Shown here in pieces: positions 26,071 to 39,652 of a DNA stretch of 64,000 bases (position 1 is its first letter; each line of letters opens with the position of its first letter). The notes under the pieces were generated by a model. That model had not been told where the DNA came from. It saw only the letters and a list, made by a program, of their open reading frames with translations, and did not search any database. Both the position numbers and the translations under genes were made by a program. Source of the DNA: Octopus vulgaris (taxonomy: Eukaryota); assembly GCA_951406725.2 (NCBI GenBank), contig OX597831.1:46500001-46564000 (forward strand), read 5' to 3'.

Positions 26071-27229
26071 TATTTATTTTAATTTATTTATTTGTTTATA
26101 ATTCGATAGTTTTTTCTGCACTTTTCGTTCTCATACTGTTTAGTATGTCGGGTACATTTTGAAAGTCATGCATAAAAAAATGTTCAAGGTGAACAAATGA
26201 TCTGCCAGAATGCTGCAAAATTTCTTTTCCATACTTTACTGTCGCTGCATGCTACTTGTTATGTTACTACTGTGTCTCTTTGCTGAATGATAATATTTTT
26301 CCATGTTTTCCCATGGCTAATTATCTGCTATTTTTCTAAAGGGGTTATGGATTAATTTCTTATACGCTATATAAAATTCAATTCATTTATAGGATCTTTA
26401 CCTTTTGACCTACAGATTTAAAAAAATAATTTTTTGTAACTAAACACTTTCAAACTTCGGACACTGGTAGAATGCGTCATACAAAACATCTTTTACTCTT
26501 AGCATTTTTTAGAAAAACTTATATTTACGAAGTTATTTCACTTTAATGTTCTCGTATTTCGGTAATTTCAACCAATCAATGACGTGTATTCAGCTGAATA
26601 AAATTACTGCCGTTGTTTGTCAACAAGAACTTCCGGCGGTGTGTATTTCGTTTGTCACTGTTATTTATGACATCGTTGGTATGTTTGTACAGGTTTTAAG
26701 GTTTTAGGGTTGTAAAGATCTCATTTAAATTAAAATTTAAAATTAGAATTCAATACCGTATCTTAGTTTTCTAGTATATACGCATTATTTAAAAACTATT
26801 GCCATTTTCTTTATAGAATCTCATGTTATTTTTATCAAGTGTTAAATACTCACCTGACAATGCGAAAGCTTAACATAACTAGTAGTAATGCGTCACACAG
26901 AGCAACTTGTGGTTTTGTTCGGTTACTTAACGCTCTGAGTTCAAATCATGCCGAGGTTAGCTTGGCATTTCACACTTCTGAGGCCAAATAAATAACACAA
27001 GAGATGAGTTTCAGGTTAATTCTAACCTCGCCGCTGAAATTTAAGGCTTTGTGCCTAGGTAAGGATATGAAGCTTGGGAGGAAGGTGGACTTAAATATAT
27101 CACTAGAGCAGAAGACATTACTTTACATTTTTGCTTTCCGTCCTTCAACAGTTGATAACAAAAGGTACCAGTCAAGAACTGTTGTCGATCTAATGGCCAA
27201 CACATCTTTATCCACCATACTTGGCCTTG

Positions 27230-27650
27230 TGAAAATATTGGTTTCAAATTTCGGTACAAGACCAGCACTTTCGGAAGAGAGGCCAAGTCGATTACATCGA
27301 CCCCAGTGCTCAACTAGTACTCATTTTATCGACACCAAAGAGATAAAAGGTAAAGTCGACCATGGCGGAATTTGAACACCGAACGTAAGTGGTATTTCGT
27401 CTGCCGCTACGTTCTGAGTTCAAATTCCGCCGATGTCGACTTTGCCTTTCATCCTTTCGGGGTCGATTAAATAAGTACCAGTTACACACTGGGGTCGATA
27501 TAATCGACTTAATCCGTTTGTCTGTCCTTGTTTATCCTCTTTGTGTTTAGTCCCTTGTGGGTAGTAAAGAAATAAGGACGTAAGGACAGACGAAATTCCA
27601 CGAAACATTTTGCCCGGCGTGCCAACGATTTTGCAAGCTCACCACCTTGG
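27230..27650 (-). mobile_element. SINE family A (minus) interrupted by a plus-strand family A copy at 27390-27575
   Basis: Outer body split at gaacgtaag / ggacgtaag (9 bp TSD-like). Confidence 0.85.
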
Positions 27651-27821
27651 CCTTATGACAAGATTAAAAGGTAATATTTAAGATAGTGAGTAGGGCATAC
27701 TTAAGCGCAGCAGTATAGCACGGGTAAAAATTGTGGCAGATTTAGTTGTCTCTGCCTTCTAATTTTAAATACTAACAGCGTTGACTTCGCATTTAATATT
27801 TGCAGCAATATATATAGATTA

Positions 27822-28100
27822 GTGGAGGCACGTGGCCTAGTGTTTTGAGCAGCGGACTCGCGGTCGAGGGATCGCGGGTTCGAATCTCAGACCGGGTGAT
27901 GTGTGTGTTTATGAGCGAAACACCTAAGTTCTACGCAGATCCGTCTTTCGCCACAACTTTCTCTCACTCTAACCTCCTGTATCTTGCAGCTCACCTGCGA
28001 CGGACCGGCGTCCCATCCAGGTGGGGAACCTATACGCCAAGGAAACCGGGAAAACCGGTCCTATGAGCCAGGCGTGGCTCGAGAAGAAACAAACAACAAT
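27822..28100 (+). mobile_element. SINE family C variant
   Basis: tggaggcacgtggcctagtg head; gggttcgaatctc B box; close to 60197-60465. Confidence 0.88.
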
Positions 28101-28935
28101 ATATTGAATAAGTGCCGGTCACTATGGTAGATTATATTACCTCTACTTCTCTACATATATGGTCTTCTATTCTTCTTAGATTCGTTATAAGTGAATGTTG
28201 GTAAAACTAATGTATTTCATCTTTTAATTGAAACTTAATACCTACGCATACACTATTTGTTTCCATGCTATAGAAGCATCTATGTTAACATAAGATGCAT
28301 CAATGCATCTTTGTTGACATAAGAAGCATCTATGATGACATAAAAATAGCTAGAAACAGCAGTCATATTTGCTTCAAATCATTCCCCTATTTCTTGAAAA
28401 AGAAAACACACATTCGACAATGTAGTCCTAGGAAAGCAATGTTTGCGGGATTATCAGGGTAGAAATGAATTACTTTGATCATCTGGATAGTCAAGACTAA
28501 TGTGATACCAAACAATAACGACTATGAAATTAATTAGAAATCGGAACATGTCGATAAATTACAGAAAAAATGTTTTTGGGAACTGGGACCAATGTTGACG
28601 TTTTTATCTTGTCACATCTTAAGATATGCAAATATGCCTCTCTGGATGTATTTTCCATTGTTTTCCTATTTTTGGCCAAAAGATCTTTTTTTTCAAGTTC
28701 ACAAATGAAATGCATCTATATTCAAATATGACATTCATGTCACAGAAGTGTTTAGTCATGTAGTTACATATATTATTATAGTTATGCATTATAATAAGTA
28801 AATTTACTATTTCTATTGACGCCCAACTTTAGCTAGAATCACGCAAGCATATCGTGATCATTTAACCGATCTTTTGTGTTGGACACTATTTTCTTTTCTG
28901 CAGAAATTGTGTGTGTGTATGTGTATGTGCGTATG

Positions 28936-29009
<74 letters not shown>

Positions 29010-29529
29010 GTGTGTGTGTGTGTGTGTGTGTGTCTGTGTATTAATCCATTAAAAATTTCCTACCAGCTTTTTCTTTGAGTTCCTTTATTATTTTATTCTT
29101 CCACTGGTTTCACTCAGTCGTTTGTGGTCATACTGAGGTATGTCCACAACTGGTATAACCAGTCATATTAATCCTTGTATTTTAGCTTGGTACCTCTTTT
29201 ATTGTGCTCTATTTGGCGAATTGCTAAGCTCACAGAACATAAAATAACAATATAATCAACATTATCAGTTTCAAGTCGTTTATAAGTTAATAAAAAAAAG
29301 ATACGTGCACACATACACCTAGAAATACATGTGAGTGCGTGTTGTGTGTATGTGTGTGTCTTTCGCGTACTAGACACAGATGAACCTTACAAGGCACACT
29401 TTAATTGATCTAACCGTATCTTTCATTCACAACGGATATTCCATAAATACTTTCAAACTAGTTGGGGTAAAATAATTCAATGGAATAACTGACACTCGAA
29501 TATAACCATATAAAGGAAATATGCGCGCG

Positions 29530-29598
<69 letters not shown>

Positions 29599-29626
29599 AC
29601 ATGTTCATAGCATTATTTGATTGCCT

Positions 29627-29786
29627 TGATAACTGACGAGATGCCGGAGCAGATTTTCGCCCCGACATCCCAAACTTGGAGTTTTATTATGGCAACCGAA
29701 TAATTGTCATATTACATTACAAATAAATTCCTCTATTTTCATAATATTGAGGTCTCATTCATTCTTTTTCTGTCATACCCTTACTA

Positions 29787-29790
<4 letters not shown>
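29627..29790 (+). mobile_element. Penelope-like pLTR fragment with degenerate hammerhead
   Basis: CTGACGA (29633-29639) gatgcc...ggcaacc GAAT AATT GTC (29706-29708), then AATAAA; ends at (TA)n. Confidence 0.45.
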
Positions 29791-29830
<40 letters not shown>

Positions 29831-29837
<7 letters not shown>

Positions 29838-30186
29838 AAATCCATTCTGTCTGTCTGTGTGTCTTCTACGATCTTGGGCATCCTCCATCCGATTGCGCTC
29901 AAAGTTGATATGTAGATACCGGCGGTATCAGGGCGTGTATAAGTCTTGAAAAAATTACAAAAATCGATTCCAGGTGAGAATGCGATCTATAATGCCGTGA
30001 GAACGTGCATTTGTACGCGCAAGTACATCAGTCGAAATCCGTCTTTTGCTTGTGTCTCAAATTTAGGTTAAATCAGCGTTTCTCAAAGGGGAGGCCTATG
30101 GGACGGTCGGACAACTGCTTTGAGAAAATTTAGTTTAAATGTTTGACAACTCAGCACCGTCCATTGGACCAGGGGCGTTTTGCTCG
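29831..30186 (+). mobile_element. Short Helitron-like element, same family as 51278-51735
   Basis: High identity between the two copies; 3' end tgCTCG|T; 5' end similar to the 44400 Helitron. Confidence 0.7.
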
Positions 30187-31649
30187 TATATATATATATA
30201 TATATATATGAGCGATATGAAATCCAGGCAGCTACTAAATTTCTCTGAGTAAAATGCCATGACTAGTTCCTTCCGATGGTGCGTTTTGTTTTGGTAATCT
30301 ACCTTCAGCTTTCATCTGATGTTCCAATTTAATTCTTGGCTACTTAGATTGTAAATTACAATATTTTCAATATCATACTATATATATATATACATATATA
30401 TATTTACATATATACATATATATATATTATACATACATACATATATGTATATACATGTGTGCGTGTGTGTGTATTTGTATGCATGTTTGTATTCATGTAG
30501 ATATACATGTAAGTTTATGCGTGCGTTTTGATATTTAAACGTTTCATAAGCTAAACGAAGTATCAAACTTTGGTTAGATACTTTTTGGAACGCCACCATT
30601 TCACTCTTTCTACTTCTGTCTATTTTTTCCCTTTCTCTCTCTAATTTTCTCATTCTTTTTTATTTCCTTTTCTTCTTTCCTCCTTTTTTCTTTCTCCACC
30701 CCCACTTGATATTCTCTGATTTTTTCCATTTCCTTCTTTCGCATGTAACAACTAACTTATATAATTATACACCAAGAGATTTTGTGCGCGTGCGTATGTG
30801 TGCGTGCATACATATATATGCATTTGTAAATATTTGAAGTTTTGCCTATATATGTCTGTATATATATGTGGCCATGTATCTACGTCTGTATGTTTAGTGT
30901 ATATACGTATAATACAGATTGTTTGGTATGTGTATATATTGCTAAATGTATATGCAATCTAGCTTGAAAATTTTTTTAAGGGATATATCTTTTAATTTAT
31001 TAATTTATTATTATTTTTACAGCTAAATATTTACCCCTGGGTATTCATGCCTTTTCCCTTCTTTATAAGATAATTTTGATTTAAGGTTTTCTTCGATTTT
31101 TATATGATTTTAAACCGCAATTTGTTATTTCATGCAACCGGTTATTGAAAAGACTGTTAGTCAAACGGACCAATGAAACAAAACCATTTTAAAATGTGCA
31201 TCTATCAAAGTAATTGTTTTTCTACCTATAACTTTATCTCGCTCCCTTCTAAACAAAACTATCCGACGAACGAGAACGTGAAACTCCGAGTAATATTTTT
31301 TGTGATATTTTTGCTGCTTTTTTTAATAAAGCATATTACTCAAGTTCTGGTATTCGAGCACTATTTTTTTCCACCTTGTTTCACATTTATGTACTTACTC
31401 TTGTATATATATTATATATAATAATGGTATTTTTATATAAGCTTAAAGTTTATGGTAATTACCGTGCAATGACTAAGGAAAATAGCCTAATAAACAAGCT
31501 AAAGCAATTTAACAAGCTAAAGGCTAAACTATAGACGTCACTAAAGTGACAGAGGGTGCTAAGTAGTACCAGCATTGCTAGAAATAGCCACAGATAGCAC
31601 CATTTTAAAGACTGACAAGGGAGACAAACTCCCTACAACAGCGGATATA

Positions 31650-31881
31650 TATTTCTTTACTGCCCTCAAGGGGCTAAACATAGAGGGGACAAACAAGGGC
31701 AGACAAAGGGATTAAGTCGATTACATCGACCCAGTGCGAAACTGGTACTTTATTTATCGACCCCGAAAGGATGAAAGGCAAAGTCGACCTCGGCGGAATT
31801 TGAACTCAGAACGTAACGGCAGACGAAATACGGCTACGCATTTCGCCCGGCATACTAACGATTCTGCCAGCTCGCCGCCTT
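31650..31881 (-). mobile_element. SINE family A with 10 bp TSD agcggatata
   Basis: Full body; TSD 31640-31649 / 31882-31891. Confidence 0.93.
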
Positions 31882-31882
31882 A

Positions 31883-31959
31883 GCGGATATAGCCAGATCA
31901 CCGATGATTTCGAATTTTGATGTTAGAGCATCTCACTTCTCATCGGTGGCTCTTACCGC
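31883..31959 (-). ncRNA. Type I hammerhead ribozyme candidate (U4C core variant, AUC cleavage triplet)
   Basis: Minus strand: gcgg-taag-agcca CCGATGA gaa..gatg-ctctaa-catc..ttc GAA-ATCA-tcgg-TGAT-C tggct-atat-ccgc; stems I, II and III all pair. Confidence 0.7.
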
Positions 31960-34900
31960 GCCTAGGGTTTAAGTCAATTCACCTTGTCAGTTTATAAGAT
32001 AACCGTTGAACTCATACGCTTATTTCAAAAACGGTAAAAAGATAAATATTCTGATATTATATCGTTTTCTCATTCGGAGTCAAGTTTTACTTATTTTCTT
32101 TCGAAGAGAAGGTAATATTACTAAATGAAAAGATCATCTTCTGTGGTATTTAGTATACCTTTAAACGCCATTGCTGTCCAAACTCATAACACTTCCAAGT
32201 TATTACTTTCAGCTCAATTATACAAAATATCAAAGTTTGTAATCATCCTCTACACTTTTTGTATTGAAGCTTTAGCTTGATTTAATTTTGGGCGATTAAT
32301 TTACCAATGTTTCCTATTTAGGAAGAAATATGTGTCCAAAATATTTTCTTTAATGGCATATCAATTCTAGAAAATTCTTGGTTCTTGAGATTATATCCCG
32401 TTCGTAGTTACATATTGATGATTATAATAAATGAAAATAAAAGATGCACTTGTAAATAGATGATGGTCATTGCCTCCTACAATGGCTATTTAGATTCTTT
32501 CATACGTATTTTCACCAATCCTCATTCCAATAAGTCTTAAATTAGTGGCGGTAGACAAAACGATTCTGTTAAAGGAGTACAAACACTTGTGGTTTTTAAA
32601 TGCAATCGTTAAAAAATATATAGTTGATAAATAACGTTGTACGTTTAGTTGTCTTTGTTCGATAAAACAACAGCACCCTCAAGAACAGCAAATATAAGGG
32701 CATTACTGCATCTACTCCTATTCATCCACCCCTAAATCACCACACGGGTTTCGAAGAGTAGACATGTATCCTTTACTTTAAGGATATAAAATCGTACTGC
32801 TTCGTCCTTTACCATCACTAAGAAACAAACTGAATTGTTTTAAAAAAAGGACGAAATATTGACTTTGGACAATGCTCACTTTATTTTGGTGATTTCACGA
32901 AAATTTAGAAACTTGAGGACGTTTAAACTGGTAGAAAGGTTTATGTAATTTCAAGTATTTAGCAGATTTCGACAACAGTATGGAGCATTTCTCAGTTCCA
33001 CTGATATTCGTAAGTAAATTGTCAGCGATAGCAAAACACAAGACATTCATCTTCGAATTCGAATGATCACTCTGCATTGCTAATATATAGGCACGAGATT
33101 GCTGATTATAATTTAATAACAAACAGTCAAATCTAATTCACATAGAAACAATATCCTACTCTTGTAGCAAAATTCAACTTGAAAGCTGCTCTCTGTTCAG
33201 AATTGTATATTCTCTTGAAGTCATATCATTCACCCAAAACAATTAGAATTCCTCTTAACTTAGGAGAGGATACAGTTTGCTAGATGTCTTGCAAACAACT
33301 TGCACATGCAAATGCTACCAGTCAAGAACTCCGCATAACGGAAGTCAGCAAGTGTATGAGATCATCAGGAGAGAATGTGCGCCGTTTCGGGGCCTACCTC
33401 TCGACGTCATCAATGCGCACCGGCTCCCCTCACTGAAATGAGGCCCCGCTTGCTAGATGAACTGATTATTAAATAAAGCTCTCTATTTCTTTAGCCATAT
33501 GAGAATGCCAAGAGAGAAGGCAATGACATGCCTTTGTAGTAGGGTAATTCAAACCACATTCATGTAATAGTAAAGAGGTTCGTTTTCAGATATGTTTATT
33601 TGATAAATCAGTATTGTTTATTTTTTGCATGTGTGTATTATCGAAATAATACATTTTGTTCGTAATAATCACACACACGCACACACACACGTGCGCGCAA
33701 TACGTATCAGTCGTATTTCTTGAGATAATTTATTTTGTATTTAAATTTAAAAGTTCACTCCACTTTGTTTCTACATGTTCACCTCTAGGTTGTATATTGT
33801 CTCAGCATATTTTGTGAGCGATAATCAATAATCACATATATTGCGTTGAATAAGTTTCAGTTGCATAATCATACACTATCTTAAATGTAGTATTGAGTGA
33901 CTCTATTTACCAAGAAAGAAAGGAGGCTGCGATTTGTTATATGTAGTTTTAAAAAAGCTATATTATTCATAGTTGAAAGACTGTCATCTGCTGTTAGTAA
34001 CATCGAAGTTACTGTGAAGACTTCAATAGAAAGAATGGCAGGGCAATTAACTGGGAAGAGAAAGGATGACAAGGTCAATTCATATAACAAACCAAGGAAG
34101 TTGAAGTGAAAACTGCGAGTTGCAGCTGAGATATGGAAACCTGGAATGAAAAACTGAATTACTAATTATAGACGATTAGAACAAGCAATTAGAATGAAAT
34201 TGATACAACTCAGTCACTCAGCAAACGTAGAATCTATGGAAAAGTAACGAAAGTACGAACAGTCTCTAAGCAAGTGAAGTATGCTAGCACAAGAAGAAAG
34301 ATAAACGTATAAGCGTAAACATGATTATGTTAGTAAAAAAGCGCGTTGGCGTTTCTGAATTTGAACTGAGAGAAAAGTAATATGAACGTAAACTAGAAAT
34401 GATCATACTAAATTACATTTACGGGATTTTGGGGGCTCTTTCCATGGATTATTGAAGAAATTAAATCAAACACGATCGTTGAAGACAGAAGGAACAATAT
34501 CATAAGATCACAGATATCACAATCACATATAGAATTCAAGGGTATAAATAGAAACCGAAAAAATTGAGAAAAATCTGGACCTTACCAGAGAGACAAGAGA
34601 TTGTGGAGCATAAGTGTGAAAAGTAACCCATGAAAATGGGTGCCCTTAGCACAATAGCCAGACTGTTTCTAAAAAGGCTGAAGGATATTGAAATTGAGAC
34701 AAGTATGGCCAACCAACAAAAAACTGCTACGACGTACTCTGCAAGAATCCTAAATGTGATACAATTTAAGGAAACGTTTGTCACTAAACCTGAAGATAAC
34801 CAGTTTGCTAATTATAATGATAAAACAAATCAGTTTGGCGATTTCACCTGGGAGTAGGCAAGTGTTCGGGTCTAGGGAAAACCTTGACTGTAATAATATA

Positions 34901-35457
34901 AATCTGGAAATTGAACGTTTGGATGTTCATGACTTCAGGATAACAGGAAGCATCTCGTTCTACACACCAGAAGATAATATCTAATTAGATATGGTAGACT
35001 TCAGCCATCCAAGTGTTTGAATGTGCAGTGAGTTACACTTGAGAAGAGAAAGATTGTGCCTCTTTTGGTTAATTCAGATTGTGTTGTTCATGTGTCGAGG
35101 TAACGACCATTTTTCAGGACGTTGATATCAGATCGGTAAGCCTTTATGTTAGTTGCAGAGAAGCTGATATCGTATGCCTTAGTGGCATCCAATTCCTCGT
35201 GGGATTAGGACGGCCGAATTTCTTCAAGTACCAGGAGATCTTTCTGAGAACATCTACTCATTACTACTTGGCGGCGATTAGAATGGTAGTTTAGATATAC
35301 ACTGGAATTGGATGGAAATAGTGAACAGGAGGGAAAAGAGTCCCTTAATGCAGATCAGTTGTTTCTGTCAGATGGATATCGACCAGATTTTCAAAATACA
35401 CAAACATGGACTAGAGAAATTCACAGCAGATCGACCTGGCTGAATTTAAGAATTTTA

Positions 35458-35860
35458 TGCAGGAGTGGCTGTGTGGTAAGTAGCTTGCTAAACAACCACA
35501 TGGTTCCGGGTTCAGTCCCACTGCGTGGCATCTTGGGCAAGTGTCTTCTGCTATAGCCCCGGGCCGACCAATGCCTTGTGAGTGGATTTGGTAGATGGAA
35601 ACTGAAAGAAGCCTGTCGTATATATGTATATATATATATATGTGTGTGTGTTTGTGTGTCTGTGTTTGTCCCCCTAGCATTGCATGACAACCGATGCTGG
35701 TGTGTTTACGTCCCCGTAACTTAGCGGTTCGGCAAAAGAGACTGATAGAATAAGTACTGGGCTTACAAAGAATAAGTCCCGGGGTCGATTTGCTCGACTA
35801 AAGGCGGTGCTCCAGCATGGTCGCAGTCAAATGACTGAAACAAGTAAAAGAGTAAAGAGT
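35458..35860 (+). mobile_element. SINE family B, full length
   Basis: tRNA-like head, core, internal TA/TG tract, 3' aaatgactgaaacaagtaaaag. Confidence 0.93.
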
Positions 35861-36830
35861 AATGAATGGGGTTTAAACCATGGTCGAAAGCTGTCCACTT
35901 TTCAGAATGTTTGCTATACAAAACAAATCAGTTTGCTGATTTCACATGTAGTAGACAAGTGCCCCGAGTACAAGGTGGTCAGCAATAGGCTTATCCTAAT
36001 CCTCCATAAGTATAGATTCCCTTTATGGCTGGCTCTGTATTATTTAATTTTGTTTATTTGTTTCTCATATTGTATTACGTTTTTAGACCTCCATGAATTT
36101 CACATGTACACACCAACATGATTGCTTGTAAACATTTTATCTAAAATTTGTAAGTATTTGTGATAGTTTTCACCAGCGTTTTTGTATTATGTTCAGCATT
36201 AAGTTTATTCTATGTAGTCAGTATTTGCTTTATTCGTACCTCTTTTGAAACACTAGTTTATTGCAGTGCTTATTTTCTTCTGATTTTTTTTCCAAATCTT
36301 AATCTGTAGGTTTTAGTTTACTCATGTAACCCTACAATTCGGTATCCATTTTAAGGTTTGCTCGTTAGAGTCTTTTAACGTGTACTTTTGGACAATTATT
36401 TGAGTGTTTAAGTCTTTAGTATTGCGGTCATCATCTAATTTATTATGATATTTTCTAAGTCTACAACTTAGTTTTGGAGTAGCTAATTTATTCAGAACCA
36501 TTAAATTGTTCGTAACATTCAGTTTTCTGTTAATTTCTATTTTATTACACCTACATTATTCTTATCTAATATATTTCGTTCCTGATTGTTGTATCATGTT
36601 TTGCTCCACTAACCTTTGTTTTCTCTCGTTCTAGTAGCATATTTTATGATTACAACATTCTATATTTATAACAAACGTTCTATGCCAACGATATTCAATA
36701 TCACAAATATTCTATTTCTATAATATAATATGACTAACATAGTGTACACTTACACATTTCGTCTTTTATTTCTGAATTATGCATCCTTTTGTATCATGAT
36801 ATAGTTTTGTTATCTCATGTTCAAACATTT

Positions 36831-36870
<40 letters not shown>

Positions 36871-37184
36871 TCTAAAAATATATAGCAAAATGTATAACCT
36901 TATCTAAAAAGTATAGCTATATAAAGCTTTCATCTTCTCAGAAAATTCCATTCATGTTAGCTTCTTCCATTTTTATACAATCAGCCGTACCAATTCGTAG
37001 CTTTACATACAATAAGGTTTCGAGGTTATTTATTATAATTTCCATAAACGTCTAAATCGCCTGCATGTAAAACGTAGTTTTCTATCATCATGTGTGGTTT
37101 GTATTCACAGACGAGTTGATTAGTACAATACACTACCAGAACTAAGCAAAAGACAGAAGAAACAATAAAAGGGTATCGCTTTCT

Positions 37185-37272
37185 CTCCTCCTCCTCCGCC
37201 TCCTCCTATGCCTCCTCCTCCTCCTCCTCCTCCTCCTCCTCCTCCTCCTCCTCCTCCTCCTCCTCCTCCTCC
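37185..37272. repeat. (CCT)n repeat
   Basis: Direct inspection. Confidence 0.95.
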
Positions 37273-37291
37273 AACAGCAACCACAGCACAT

Positions 37292-37482
37292 GTGGAGGCG
37301 CAATGGCCCAGTGGTTAGGCCAGCTGACTAGCGGTCGTAAGAACGCTGTTTCGATTCCCAGACCGGGCATTGTGAGTGTTTATTGAGCAAAAACACCTAA
37401 AAGCTCCACGAGGCTCCGGCGGCGTGGGGGTGGGGTGAACCCCGCTGTACTCTTTCACCACACCATTCTCTCATTCTTTCTT
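37292..37482 (+). mobile_element. SINE family C, 3'-truncated
   Basis: tggaggcgcaatggcccagtggttagg head. Confidence 0.85.
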
Positions 37483-37799
37483 GCTACGTCTGCCACAAAG
37501 CAGAGGAACCATGGTGTAACCCACTATGGTGTGGTAAACTTTCAGACCCTAGTCTAGATTGCGAATCCTCTGTACTCCAGGATAGTTCAGCTCTCCACCC
37601 GTTAAAAGCCACCGTTTACGGTATGAAGATAACAACGTAGCTTTCGCGCCCGTGCAACCGTCAGTCTATCGCGTGTGGTGGGTGGATCTTCAAATTGCCA
37701 CACGCATTCTTAGTAGCTTAGAGTAGGCTCGAATTAGAGATTATTCTTTGTGGCTAATGGCGTGAGTCCTGATTGGAAGAAGAAGAAGAAGACAACAGC

Positions 37800-37893
37800 A
37801 CCTTGGCAGAATTTGAACTCAGAACGTAAAGACGGACGAAATGCTGCTAAGCATTTAGCCCGGCTTACTAATGATTCTGCCAGCTCGCTACCC
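37800..37893 (-). mobile_element. SINE family A head
   Basis: gaatttgaactcagaacgtaaagacggacgaaatgc...ctgccagctcgc. Confidence 0.85.
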
Positions 37894-37895
37894 TA

Positions 37896-37931
<36 letters not shown>

Positions 37932-37939
37932 CCAATAAT

Positions 37940-38262
37940 AAAAACAGAGCAAGTATTAAGATTTTGAAATAGAAATTGGTAAACTGTGGAATCTCAAAGA
38001 CTAAAACAATACCTTTCGTCATAGGTGCCCAAGGAATGATAGTAAAAGGGGCTGATTCCTACCTAGCTCAGATACCAAGAAAAACCCAAACAGGCAGTAA
38101 TATGCAAAAGATAGTGCTCATGAGAACTGCCCATATCCTACGTAAAATACTGTCTATATAATCTCAAATTTTAAAACAAGCACACAATTTTCTTATGTTT
38201 TCTTAAACATTCTCTAGAACAATACTATGTGCAAAACCAAATATATGACACCCTAGGCATAA
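37940..38262 (+). mobile_element. R4/Dong-like RLE extreme 3' fragment following (TAA)n
   Basis: DFEIEIGKLWNLKTKTIPFVIGAQGMI...MQKIVLMRTAHILRKILS (frameshifted); preceded by (TAA)n at 37897-37930. Confidence 0.75.
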
Positions 38263-39209
38263 AAAGAAAATACACACATGTAGAGGTCAGACATTCTCCT
38301 AATTAGATCAAATATAGCACAATTTAGTCAAATGAGGCATCATATCAGCCGTGCAGAATTATTAGTCAACACAAAGTGTGTGTTTAATTTTGCAGATAAC
38401 CGTCATGAAGCTACGAAAAGTATGGTTAATTCTAATTCGTATATTTGGATTACAATTCACTATTCTTCTTAGACGGCACATGCAGTTCTGATTATTATTA
38501 AGGTGTTACAAATATAGCTTCTGGCCTGTTTCTCTTATATTACCTGACAGTGAGTCATACAATTTCCATAGGTAGGTCGTCGCTTTATTTTGTCATCAAC
38601 ACAGGTGTATGATTAAATTAGCATTTAACTGACCGCTGAGCCAATGCAATTTCATTAACATCAAGAATAATAGGCCTCAGCCATTGTTAAATTTTCCATC
38701 GTGATAGTTGAGTTATGTCTTTAAATCAGATAATCGGCACTCACATGACTGCGAGCCTATTTGTCGTATGAGGAACATTTTTTAATATTATATTGAATAT
38801 AGAAAAATAGAAAAGGGTTTTTACTGAAAAATAAATTACCGCATTGCATATAAATCTAATTTAGGTTTTGTTAAAATTAGTTCACTTTCCTTTTCACAGG
38901 AGTTGTAAAAAGTACCAGTCATATTCGGGAGTCGGTAAAATAAACTATTGTACATCGCCAAATATATGACCAAAATTTATGCCAAAATTTGAAACCAATA
39001 TTCACTAACGTTATCGAGTACCGCTGTTGGTAACACTATTGGAAACTATTAAAAGCACTCAATGGGACAAAACTGCAAAGAGGTTTATATTCTCACTTGT
39101 ATGACTGTTAATGCACTTGAGAAAGAAATGAGCGCTAGGTACCAATATTTACATAAATCCAACAACTAGACCTAAAGTATCGATCAACTACGCGGATAGG
39201 TTTAAGTTC

Positions 39210-39430
39210 AGGGCAGTGAGTTGGTAGCCTTAGGTGAGCGGCGGATACCGTGCTTTCTGGTATTTAGATATGTTTTTCCGACTTCTGAATTCAATTTCTC
39301 CCGGTCGACTTGCAATTTCATCCTTTCGGAGTTAATAAAATACAGCACCAATTAAATACCGGTGGCAATATAATCGACCATACTCATTTTCGTGGAGGTT
39401 GTGGCCTAACTTTCATGCTGGAGACCAATA
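39210..39430 (+). mobile_element. Old diverged SINE family A
   Basis: ggtcgacttgcaatttcatcctttcggagttaataaaat. Confidence 0.65.
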
Positions 39431-39652
39431 TTTATCGAAAATGTTGTGAATTAACAAAATGCTTTTAATGCTGAGTCTCGTGAGAAAGTCATGACTGTTA
39501 CATCTTAGTCTTCGGACTTTGAAAGTCTTCTATAAATACGGTTTATGACAAATAAGCCAAAAATCTGAAGCAGCGCAAAACAATACTCTGTTAAAAGGAT
39601 GGAAAGAAATGAAAAGCATAGCTCTTTTATGTATAAGTATTCACTAATGTTA

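Noticed and set aside
33890-35400. Possible ancient gag/protease remnant (LGRP-like motif)
   Set aside because: Too degenerate; no diagnostic motif series recognised
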